The notes under the pieces are model-generated. The model made no database searches and was not told where the DNA came from. It saw nothing but the letters and a program-made list of their open reading frames with translations. 64,000 nt of DNA from Bacteriovoracia bacterium (GTDB lineage: Bacteria > Bdellovibrionota > UBA1018 > CAIPTA01), in assembly GCA_050246755.1 (NCBI GenBank), contig JBFWVL010000002.1, positions 198,928-262,927 of the forward strand, written 5' to 3'. The position numbers and the translations under genes are program-made. How positions within the stretch are numbered: position 1 is the stretch's first letter; the number at the start of each line of letters is the position of its first letter. Shown in pieces: positions 28,196-36,755 of this stretch.

Positions 28196-30075
28196 TGCAG
28201 TGCGCCTGCGATTAATTTAGCAGGAATTTTTGTTTTTGGCACTTTGAGCGGAAACCAGTCGCGCACGTCGCGCTCGAGGCCTTCCGCGTGCATGAAATTA
28301 TAGAGCGCGCGCTTGAGTCCTTCGCCCAGGGAATCGTGGTCCACGTGCAGCGGATCTTCGAAGGGGATATCGTTCTCGGAAAAGCGCCCATGCCGCGCAT
28401 AAAGGGAGGGCGGCGTTTCGAGGAGGCGGATCCCGTATTTCTGGGGATTTTTCCCGATCGGGCTGTGCACGGTGGCGGCGAAGCGGTGCCAGAAGGCGCT
28501 TTGCAGGCAGCCGAGCGAAAAAAGTTGCCGCACCACTTCGAGGCTGTCGACGGTTTCCTGCACCGTTTCGGTAGGGAATCCGTACATCAGATAGGCATGC
28601 ACGAAAATCCCGCTGTCCTGAAAGGCTCGGGTCACCTTCGCCACCTGCTCGATCGTGACGCCTTTTTCGATGAGGGTAAGGAGGCGCGCGGAGGCCACTT
28701 CGAGCCCCCCCGTGACGGCGATGCAGCCCGCGCGCTTCATCAGCTGCGTGAGCTCGGGCGTGAAGGCCTTATCGAAGCGCACGTTCCCCCACCATTCGAA
28801 TTTTAGATTTCTTCGCAGCAGCTCTTCCGCGAGGGCCCGCAGGATGGCGGGCGGGGCAGCTTCGTCCACGAAGTGAAAGCCGGTGGCGCCCGTTTCCCGG
28901 GAGATTTTTTCCATTTTATCCACGAGGCGCGCGGCCTTTTCGGTTTCATAGCGTCCGATATAGTCGAGCGAGGTATCGCAGAAGGAACAGCGTCTCCAGT
29001 AGCAGCCGTGGGCGAGGGTGAGTTTATTCCAGAAAAATCCGCTCCAGAGCCTCGTCATCGGATTCAGCATTTCGTACATGCGGATATAGTTTTTTATGGG
29101 GAGGCCTTCGTAGGAGGGCGTGCCGGTTTCGCGGAACGGTAAATCGCGCTCGGCGGGATTCACGGCATAGTGCACTTTGCCTTGGGCGCGATAGTAGGTA
29201 CGGAAGAGATCTTCTTTTTTTCGCTGGCCCCGCAGGCATTCGATCAGGCAGAGCAGGGGGCGCTCCCCATCGTCGATCGTGATGAAATCCACGTAGTCGA
29301 ACACGCGGGGATCTTCGAGGCGGCGTAGCTCGGTATTGGGGTAGCCTCCCCCGAGCGCCACGGGAATATTTCTGGCTTTCGCCGCTTGGCCCATGCGCAA
29401 GGCTCCGTAGACGGTGCCGGCAAAGGGCGCCGAAAGGCAGAAGAGATCGGGTTTCTCTTTGTCGAGCCACTCTTCGGTGATCTCGAGGAGGATTTTATCT
29501 ACCAGCGTGGGCGCCCGCTCCAGTTCGGCGCGCAAGGCCTCGAAGCTCGGCTGGGAGGCCGCAAGTTTTTCGCCGTAGCGGGAGAACTGAAACTGGGGGT
29601 CGATTCCGAGCTTCACGTAGTCGGCGAGGTCATCGAGGTAGAGGGAGGCGAGGTGCTGCGCCTTATCGGCTTCGGGGAGCGCCTCGAATTGATCGAGGAG
29701 AATCCCGCCCTCATGGAGTCCGGCAAAGCGCGGGCCTTCGGGCAGGAGATCGCGCGCCGCTATTTTCTTTTGCGCACCGGGATTTTTTCCCTGCAGGTAC
29801 CTTACCGCTTCTTCCACGGTGGCGAGGTAATCCTCGAAGGCCTCGGCGAAGAATGCCAATTCGGGCGCGAGGTGCTTTTTCGGTAGCGCGGCCCGGATCC
29901 GCGAAAGCCCCTTTTGGCAAAAAAGCCTGAGAATCAGCTCTAACGCGGGATCGGCCTGGGTGGCCTTTACCTCACCGCCGGGAAACTGTTCGTCGAGAAA
30001 GCCCTTGAGGTAGGCCGTGGCGGGGTAGGGCGTATTGATTTGCACCATGGGAGCGGTGCAGAGGAAAAGTTTCAT
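28192..30075 (-). CDS. B12-binding domain-containing radical-SAM-like protein
   Basis: N-terminal cobalamin-binding-like segment (MKLFLCTAPMVQINTPYP...). Cys cluster GCYWRRCSFC (Cx4Cx2C, non-canonical spacing) followed by typical rSAM glycine-rich segments. Confidence 0.65.
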   Translation of the reverse strand: MKLFLCTAPMVQINTPYPATAYLKGFLDEQFPGGEVKATQADPALELILRLFCQKGLSRIRAALPKKHLAPELAFFAEAFEDYLATVEEAVRYLQGKNPGAQKKIAARDLLPEGPRFAGLHEGGILLDQFEALPEADKAQHLASLYLDDLADYVKLGIDPQFQFSRYGEKLAASQPSFEALRAELERAPTLVDKILLEITEEWLDKEKPDLFCLSAPFAGTVYGALRMGQAAKARNIPVALGGGYPNTELRRLEDPRVFDYVDFITIDDGERPLLCLIECLRGQRKKEDLFRTYYRAQGKVHYAVNPAERDLPFRETGTPSYEGLPIKNYIRMYEMLNPMTRLWSGFFWNKLTLAHGCYWRRCSFCDTSLDYIGRYETEKAARLVDKMEKISRETGATGFHFVDEAAPPAILRALAEELLRRNLKFEWWGNVRFDKAFTPELTQLMKRAGCIAVTGGLEVASARLLTLIEKGVTIEQVAKVTRAFQDSGIFVHAYLMYGFPTETVQETVDSLEVVRQLFSLGCLQSAFWHRFAATVHSPIGKNPQKYGIRLLETPPSLYARHGRFSENDIPFEDPLHVDHDSLGEGLKRALYNFMHAEGLERDVRDWFPLKVPKTKIPAKLIAGALQ

Positions 30076-30254
30076 GACGCAACTTGTCTATCACGAGAGT
30101 TTTACTAGTTGGTATACTTGATTGTTGTTTTCGCAGAGATTCTCGCCTGAATTCGCGCGGGTTCAGGCGAGTGGTATTAATCCGAAACCATTTTAGAAAT
30201 TCTCGAATAACTATCGGGCTTTACGATGGTCCATACACAATCAAGTAGACCAGG

Positions 30255-31373
30255 TCAGAGTTTTAGAAAGTTCAAAGCCTTCTTCGACCAGCTCGCGGCG
30301 AAGGACTCTGCACTAGCTCGCTGGATCTCGGCCAAGACGCCTTTTCCCAGCGCTTTACCGGCCTTAGCGGGCAGATAGCTCTGCAATACCTTTGCCCCGC
30401 CCGGGAAATTTTCCTGCAAACCGGCGAGGGCCCGCGCATAGCCATAGAGGGGGATCTTAGGAGACGAAAGCTTGGCGAAGCCCTCGAGTAGCGCCTCGGC
30501 CACTTCGGCCTTTTCCTCTCCACTAAGCAAGGAGTGCCGGGCGATGGCGGCTCCCCAGGCATCGAAAAAAGGCCCTACCGGCAATAAAAAATCCCGGCTG
30601 CGGCGCAGGCATTTGGGCTTTCGCAGGGGATAGTGGCGGTGGTTCTCGGGTGCCATAAAGGCTTTGTTTAAGGTTCCGGCCTCGACTAGGGTTTCCTGGG
30701 CCGGGCCAAAATCGGCGTGCTTCTCGTGGCCCAGCTTATACACGCGAAGGCGGAGAGGATCATTCGGGGGAAGCTCCCATTGGTCGATCACGCGATCCAA
30801 ATCCCCGAGGTTATGCGCGATCAGGGTGCAGCACTTGAGGAGCTCCACGCCCTTACGCTGTTTTTTCAAGGAATCGAAAATCTTGGCCTCGAGCAGCAGT
30901 TCCTCCACGATTTTTTCCACGAAGGCGGCGGCGATTTCAGGATTGCGGTTTCGGTGCGAGGCGTAGGCGCCAGCCGCCACGCTGAACCACTCTCCCTGGT
31001 GCCCGGAAACGTAGGCTCCTTCCGCCTCGGCGAGGCGAGTGGTTACCGGGCGAAAATCCCAGTTCCGCGATTCGAGCGTGAGCGCCGCCATTTTCTCCGT
31101 GATCTCGAGCGGCAGGCTCTCGTCCCAGAGGTGTTTGCGGATTTGGTTATCCACGTCGGTGGGAACGAAGGTGGCCACGGTGCCGTAGTGGGCGCAGAGG
31201 CAGAGGCGGAAGTACTCGAGGTGGTTGAGCGGGGCAGAGGTATCCGTGCGCACCGCGCTCAGGGTTTGCACATAGGGCAAAGACCCAAACTCAGGGGTAA
31301 AAAGGAAGGCGGCGGTATTTTCCACGAGAGAGAGGAGAGCGGCGGGCTCGATCCCGCGCCGGGGAGCGTTCAC
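30255..31373 (-). CDS. Hypothetical protein (about 370 aa), probably translationally coupled to the upstream ferredoxin-like gene
   Basis: GTG at 31373 is 2 nt after the upstream TAA and is preceded by GGAAGGA. The maximal ORF to 31451 would overlap the upstream gene by 75 nt. Confidence 0.4.
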   Translation of the reverse strand: MNAPRRGIEPAALLSLVENTAAFLFTPEFGSLPYVQTLSAVRTDTSAPLNHLEYFRLCLCAHYGTVATFVPTDVDNQIRKHLWDESLPLEITEKMAALTLESRNWDFRPVTTRLAEAEGAYVSGHQGEWFSVAAGAYASHRNRNPEIAAAFVEKIVEELLLEAKIFDSLKKQRKGVELLKCCTLIAHNLGDLDRVIDQWELPPNDPLRLRVYKLGHEKHADFGPAQETLVEAGTLNKAFMAPENHRHYPLRKPKCLRRSRDFLLPVGPFFDAWGAAIARHSLLSGEEKAEVAEALLEGFAKLSSPKIPLYGYARALAGLQENFPGGAKVLQSYLPAKAGKALGKGVLAEIQRASAESFAASWSKKALNFLKL

Positions 31374-31375
31374 GG

Positions 31376-31675
31376 TTATTCCTTCCGAATGGCTTTTTCC
31401 ACCGCATCCACGAGTGTGTCCACGTCGTCTTTTTTGAGGTCCAGGAACCATTCACCTTTAGGATAGAGCACCGCCGCGATTCCGCGCTCGCACTGGTCCA
31501 AACAGCCTGCGCTATTGATCCTCACGCTGCCCTTGGGAAATCCCTTCGCTTTGCAAGCGTCCTTCACGCGTTCCCGTAGCTTTTCGGCTCCCTTGGGGCA
31601 GCAGCTTTCGCGTTTGCCATTGGGGCCCCGATCGTTGGTGCAAATGAACAGGTGGGCGGTGAATTTGGGTTCCAT
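31376..31675 (-). CDS. (2Fe-2S)/thioredoxin-like ferredoxin-domain small protein
   Basis: Start at MEPKF. Cys ligand candidates LFICTNDRG...CC...AGCLDQCERG. Confidence 0.5.
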   Translation of the reverse strand: MEPKFTAHLFICTNDRGPNGKRESCCPKGAEKLRERVKDACKAKGFPKGSVRINSAGCLDQCERGIAAVLYPKGEWFLDLKKDDVDTLVDAVEKAIRKE

Positions 31676-31790
31676 TAGGCGGAGACTAGCATGGCTCCCG
31701 GCTCCTCGTGAGGGGAGGAAGAAAAAAGAGGTGGTTTTTCGGGGCACAAATGCCCATAATTTTTAAAGCCACACGGGCGCGGGGGTTTTC

Positions 31791-33233
31791 ATGAATAAAT
31801 ACCTTTCGGTTTTCTCCAATAAAAGAATGCTGACCACTTTGCTGCTGGGATTTTCTGGCGGTTTGCCGCTGGCCCTCGTGGGATCCACCCTCCAGGCCTG
31901 GCTCGCGCGTTCCAATGTGGACATCGTGTTGATCGGGCAGTTCGCGCTGATCCAATACCCCTATGCCCTTAAATTCCTGTGGGCTCCGTTTATGGACAAT
32001 AAACCTCTGCCCTTCCTCGGGCTGCGCCGGGGTTGGCTCGTGGTTAGCCAGATCGGGCTCTTCGCCGCCACCTGGGGCTTGGGCTCGATCGGAAATCCTT
32101 CCAATACCATCGCGCTCTTCTCGCTGCTGGCCTTCCTGCTCGCGTTTTTCAGCGCCAGCCAGGACATCGTGATCGACGCCTACCGCACCGAAATCATCGA
32201 GGACGAAAAAGAGCTTGGCGCCGGTGCCTCCACTTATATCACCGGCTACCGCATCGCCACGCTGGTATCGGGAGGGGTGGCGCTCGGCCTCGTGGACCAG
32301 ATCGGCTGGAAGCACGTCTATTTCCTCATGGCCTCCATCAACTTGGTGGGGCTCGTTACCGTGCTGCTTTCCAAGGAACCTAAAGTAACGCGTGAAGTGA
32401 AGACGCAAACCGGCTCCTTCACGAAACCTTTTATCGAGTTCTTCCAGCGCAGCGGCGCGATGGAAATTTTGATTTTTGTGATGGTCTACAAATTGTCTAC
32501 GCTCATGGCCACCGCACTCACCACGAAGTTTCTCGTGGATCTGGGCTATTCCAATCTCATGATCGGCACCGTGAATAAGGGTGCCGGTCTCATCGCCACG
32601 ATCGCGGGCACGCTCGCCGGCGGAGCGCTGATGGCCAAGCTTGGGCTCAAGCGCTCCCTTTGGGTATTCGGGATCCTGCAGGCCATGGTGGGGCTCACGT
32701 TCTGCGCGCTTTCCTATCTGGCCAGCCATGGCGGGGAAATCCAGAATCTCGGCCTGGTGATGGTAGTGAGTATCGATAATTTCTTCATGGGAATGGGCAC
32801 CGCCGCGCTCACCGGATTCCTCATGCACGTTTGCAGCAAACGCTATACCGCCACGCACTACGCCTTGCTCACGAGCGTGATGGCGGTGGGGCGGGTGGTG
32901 CTGATCGCGCACGCGGGCACCCTCGTGGCGTGGATGGGGTATAACTGGTTCTTCATCGCCACGGTGCCGCTGGCGATTCCGGGGCTCTTACTCCTGCGCC
33001 GCTATGATTTCTGGGAGAAGAGCTCCGGCCAGCTCGTGACCACGAAGGTGCCCAAATTCGAATTAGGGCTGATGGTGGTGATGATGGCCTCGCTGCTCCT
33101 GCTTTCCTCGGATCCCGTTTGGAGATTTTTGGATAAAAAGGCCCTGGGCACCGAAGTGGCGCTGCTCGGCGCCTTCGGGGTGCTCGCGGTGGTGGCGCTC
33201 GGCTTGCTCAAGCCCCAGGCGCAGCGCACCTAA
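31791..33233 (+). CDS. ampG: AmpG-family MFS muropeptide permease
   Basis: Twelve-plus TM helices. YPYALKFLWAPFMD and the SQDIVIDAYR region are typical of AmpG. Confidence 0.75.
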   Translation: MNKYLSVFSNKRMLTTLLLGFSGGLPLALVGSTLQAWLARSNVDIVLIGQFALIQYPYALKFLWAPFMDNKPLPFLGLRRGWLVVSQIGLFAATWGLGSIGNPSNTIALFSLLAFLLAFFSASQDIVIDAYRTEIIEDEKELGAGASTYITGYRIATLVSGGVALGLVDQIGWKHVYFLMASINLVGLVTVLLSKEPKVTREVKTQTGSFTKPFIEFFQRSGAMEILIFVMVYKLSTLMATALTTKFLVDLGYSNLMIGTVNKGAGLIATIAGTLAGGALMAKLGLKRSLWVFGILQAMVGLTFCALSYLASHGGEIQNLGLVMVVSIDNFFMGMGTAALTGFLMHVCSKRYTATHYALLTSVMAVGRVVLIAHAGTLVAWMGYNWFFIATVPLAIPGLLLLRRYDFWEKSSGQLVTTKVPKFELGLMVVMMASLLLLSSDPVWRFLDKKALGTEVALLGAFGVLAVVALGLLKPQAQRT

Positions 33234-33628
33234 GCCTGGACCATCACCAGCGCTTCACCGGTGGCGGCGGGTTTGCCGTCGGCCTTGAGGGCTTTGGTCT
33301 CAATCGTGAGAAAACCTTTTTCTTCGCGGATATTTAGTACCGTGAGCTCGATGATGATTTCTTCGTCCACGAAAACCGGCGCGGTAAACTTCAAGCTTTG
33401 GGTTAAGTAAACGGCGCCGGGGCCCGGCAATTCGGTGGCTAGTGCGCGCGAGATGAGGGCGCCCGTGATCATTCCGTGGGCAATGCGCCGCCCGAAGCGG
33501 GTGGTCTTGGCGAACGCGTCGTCGAGGTGCACGGGATTTTTGTCGCCGCTGAGCTCGGCGAAGTCCCGGATCATTTTATCGGTAACGGTTACGCGCACGG
33601 AGGCTTTGTCGCCCACTTTGAATTTCAT
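33230..33628 (-). CDS. MaoC-like (R)-specific hot-dog dehydratase
   Basis: DKNPVHLD...RIAHGM hot-dog motif. Confidence 0.75.
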   Translation of the reverse strand: MKFKVGDKASVRVTVTDKMIRDFAELSGDKNPVHLDDAFAKTTRFGRRIAHGMITGALISRALATELPGPGAVYLTQSLKFTAPVFVDEEIIIELTVLNIREEKGFLTIETKALKADGKPAATGEALVMVQA

Positions 33629-33695
33629 TTCATTCTCCCGAAATTTATTTTCTTACCGGTTTGCCCGCGCCCCGGCAAAATGGCAAGCTGATCTT

Positions 33696-35060
33696 ATGGG
33701 GTTGATGCGCTTTTCGTTGATGGGGTTACTATTCCTTTTTTCCGTCCAGCCGGCGGGGGCCGCCGAGTGGAAATTTTCGCTGAACGGCGAAACCGAGGTC
33801 ACCGGCCTGCATTGGCAGGAAAAAGTTTTGCCCGATAATCGGCAGAACCGCTATCTGCTGAACCAGAAGCTGCCGATGACGTTGCGCTACGGGCGCGCGT
33901 GGCGGTTCCGCCTACAGCCGATTGCGCTCTTCGATCCTAATAATATCTCCAAGAGCGAGCGCCTATTCTGGGATATCCAGGAGGGCTACCTCCAGTACCA
34001 GGCGCTACCCTGGACGGTGCAAGTGGGGAATAATATTTTCACCTGGGGCGATACCGACGTGTTCAATCCGCTCGACGTGGTGAACCAGCGCCGCTATTTC
34101 GATCCCTTCCAGTCCGAAAAGCTCGGCGCCCCCGCTCTGATGGTGAAGCGGGAGTTCGAAACATTTTTCGTGGAAGCGATTTATATCCCGAAGCAGAGAA
34201 AAACGTTATTGCCCGGCGAGCAGAGCCGCTGGCTCCCGCGCGACGTGTATAAAAGCCGCAGTTACCGCGTGCCGATCGTAGCCGGTGGAGTCACGAAAAC
34301 CTACAATACCACCCTGAATTTACCGTCGGTGGTGAACTACCATTATATGAAGCCCGAGGAGCGCGACAATGCCCTCGACAATAGTTTCGGCGGCCGTTTC
34401 AAATTCCGTTTTCCCGGTTTCGACTGGACGCTCGCGGCGTTCCAGGGAACCGCTCCCACACCCGCGGTAAACGTAAAGGAAGTAGGGCTCCTTGGTAATA
34501 TCGCGATTCTGTCGTCCACCGAAATCTCGGCCACTATGCTGGAGCCCGACCTCACGGTGCAGGCCACGTACTATCAGTCGCGCATGGGCGGCACCAGTTT
34601 CACGCTCGTGGCCGGAGATTTTTTGGTGAAGGGCGCCTCGGCGTATACTTCTCCCGTAAAGCACGCGGGCGATTTACCGGCGAAAACGCTCGAGAACGCC
34701 CTTGGCCTAGAGCGCACCTTCAGCGTGGGCAAGGGATCGCTTACCGCCTTGGCGCAGGGAACCTACGTGAAGCGCGGAGACCGCGTGGACACGAACTCCG
34801 TTTCGCTAGCCCGTATGTTCGATCGGGCCGGCATGGGGGCCCTTCGCTGGTCGGCGAGCGAGAAGCTCACGGTACTGGCTTCTTACCTGCGCGATATCCG
34901 TTACAAAGGCAACGTCGTGCATGCCGACGCTTCCTATAAGATCGCCGATGGCTGGCGCGCCAAAGTGGGGGCGGATTTTCTTTCCGGCCCCACCGAGACG
35001 CCGATCGGTACCTACGGGCGTAACGACCGGATTACTTTGTCTTTGAATTCTCAGTGGTGA
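33696..35060 (+). CDS. Putative outer-membrane beta-barrel protein
   Basis: Start at MGLMRFSL with a signal peptide (FSVQPAGAA). Alternating amphipathic strands, C-terminal ...ITLSLNSQW. Confidence 0.45.
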   Translation: MGLMRFSLMGLLFLFSVQPAGAAEWKFSLNGETEVTGLHWQEKVLPDNRQNRYLLNQKLPMTLRYGRAWRFRLQPIALFDPNNISKSERLFWDIQEGYLQYQALPWTVQVGNNIFTWGDTDVFNPLDVVNQRRYFDPFQSEKLGAPALMVKREFETFFVEAIYIPKQRKTLLPGEQSRWLPRDVYKSRSYRVPIVAGGVTKTYNTTLNLPSVVNYHYMKPEERDNALDNSFGGRFKFRFPGFDWTLAAFQGTAPTPAVNVKEVGLLGNIAILSSTEISATMLEPDLTVQATYYQSRMGGTSFTLVAGDFLVKGASAYTSPVKHAGDLPAKTLENALGLERTFSVGKGSLTALAQGTYVKRGDRVDTNSVSLARMFDRAGMGALRWSASEKLTVLASYLRDIRYKGNVVHADASYKIADGWRAKVGADFLSGPTETPIGTYGRNDRITLSLNSQW

Positions 35061-36585
35061 ACTGAAGCCCGAGGTTTCCGCCGCTCTGGAGCTGCCAGTG
35101 TTCGGGCACCAGCTTGAGCGCTTTGCCCACCACGAAGGTGGGGAAGGCGAGGGTGAGGCCCTCGGCACTCAGCGATTCCTTCGCCGCGTCGGCCATAGTC
35201 TGGGCGGCGATTCTCTTCGTTGGGTTATACTGAGCCACGTATTGCTTGGCCCAGCTATAGCTCATGGGAAGCTCGTCGGCGGTAACGAGGAAATCCACTT
35301 TCCCGCCCTTTTGCAGCTTCATCTTCGATTGGCCCTGGAGCAGGGTTCTGAACTCCACGTAGGGAGTATAGGTTCCTTTTACCGGGGCGAACATGCGGAT
35401 CGCGAGCGGGAGCGTGAGATCACCCGAGATCGTGTCGGTGTCGGTCGCTTTTTCGTTGTCGAAAGAGGGCGGGCCGTTGGGCACGAAGTTAAAGGCGAAG
35501 GTAGTATTGGTCGGGAACTTCATGAGGTCCGGCCAAGCCCAGAATTGTTTCCAGCGCGACTGCATGAATTCCTGGAACGCAGGAATCTCGTAGGAGCGCA
35601 GTGAATATTCCAGCTTGCCCGCAAAGTATTCTCCCATCATCAGCGCGCGGATCGTAGCGAACGGCATCATCAATTGAGGAATGGCAGTGCTTTGGGTTGC
35701 CGCTTGCGAGGTCTTGGCCGCGGTGCCAACACCGAGCTTAAATTCCTGCACGATGTTTTGGTTGGGGGCTACGTACGGATACACGAAACGCAGCTGGCCC
35801 TCGAGCATCAGGCCGCCGCCGCTCTCGCGGGCGTTTTTGGGCTCATAGTAAAGCTTGAGGTAATCTTTTTGCGTGGGCAATTCGCGCTCGCTGAGCAGGA
35901 GAATGCTGGCGTCTTTGCTCCACTGCACGAACTTAGTTTCCAGCTCACCGCGAACTTGCGCATCGAAATTCTGGAAACTCGCGAGGGCATTGAGCGCGTA
36001 CTCACGCACGTTCACGTCTAGGCCTTCGGTGCCGCTGCAGGAAATGCTTTCCACTTCCCAAGCGCCTTGCTGCCAGTCTGCGTTGAAGGAGGGCATGGAG
36101 AGCTTTACTTGTCCGTCGAGCACTTCGGCGCGGATGGTGGCGGCCACGGAGCTAAGGCCCGGCTTGAGGCGCAAGGAAACGTTGTGGCATTCGGCGTCGA
36201 GTTTCACGCGGTAGCGAACGCCATCGATCACGCGGTCGACGATTTGCGAGGCCGATATATTAGCTACCGTGATGCGCGCGCCGAGCTGATTGCTGGCGAG
36301 GGTCCATTCCCGGGTATTGGCGTTAGTACGCTTGGGCACGGGGAAGGCGTAGTTCATCTCGGCGGTGATTCCGCTGATCTGAATGGGAAGCCCCGGATTG
36401 ATCGTGAAGTTGGGAATCGCCACGCTCTGGGTGCCGCTGAGGCTCTGCCAGAAATCTTCGATCACTTTGTCGAAGAGGCTCTCGGTGAGCTGGAGTTGGA
36501 ATTCACTTTTCACTTCCCAACGCGCTTGGGCGGCGAGGGGGAGAGCGGCGAGCAGTAACGGCAGCGTGTAAAAAAGTTTTCTCAT
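35032..36585 (-). CDS. Secreted hypothetical protein
   Basis: Signal peptide MRKLFYTLPLLLAALPLAAQA. Confidence 0.45.
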   Translation of the reverse strand: MRKLFYTLPLLLAALPLAAQARWEVKSEFQLQLTESLFDKVIEDFWQSLSGTQSVAIPNFTINPGLPIQISGITAEMNYAFPVPKRTNANTREWTLASNQLGARITVANISASQIVDRVIDGVRYRVKLDAECHNVSLRLKPGLSSVAATIRAEVLDGQVKLSMPSFNADWQQGAWEVESISCSGTEGLDVNVREYALNALASFQNFDAQVRGELETKFVQWSKDASILLLSERELPTQKDYLKLYYEPKNARESGGGLMLEGQLRFVYPYVAPNQNIVQEFKLGVGTAAKTSQAATQSTAIPQLMMPFATIRALMMGEYFAGKLEYSLRSYEIPAFQEFMQSRWKQFWAWPDLMKFPTNTTFAFNFVPNGPPSFDNEKATDTDTISGDLTLPLAIRMFAPVKGTYTPYVEFRTLLQGQSKMKLQKGGKVDFLVTADELPMSYSWAKQYVAQYNPTKRIAAQTMADAAKESLSAEGLTLAFPTFVVGKALKLVPEHWQLQSGGNLGLQFTTENSKTK

Positions 36586-36755
36586 GGGGCTATTTTCTCA
36601 CTTCGATAGCTAAAGTTAGTAAGAACCTAAAGTGCCTACAGGAACGAACCGAGTAGTAGCTGATTGACTCGCTCCATTATTAAATGTTAACATGGGTTAA
36701 CAATATTGCAATGGGCGACGATATTAAATTTTAAGAAAACCCGAGAGCCCGACAC

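Noticed and set aside
30717-31466. 249-aa plus-strand ORF antisense to gene 30255..31373
   Set aside because: Gly/Arg/Glu-rich low-complexity frame. The minus-strand reading has the coupled start and extends coherently.
31686-32912. 408-aa ORF antisense to ampG
   Set aside because: His/Arg/Gly-rich low-complexity translation. ampG on the plus strand is well supported.
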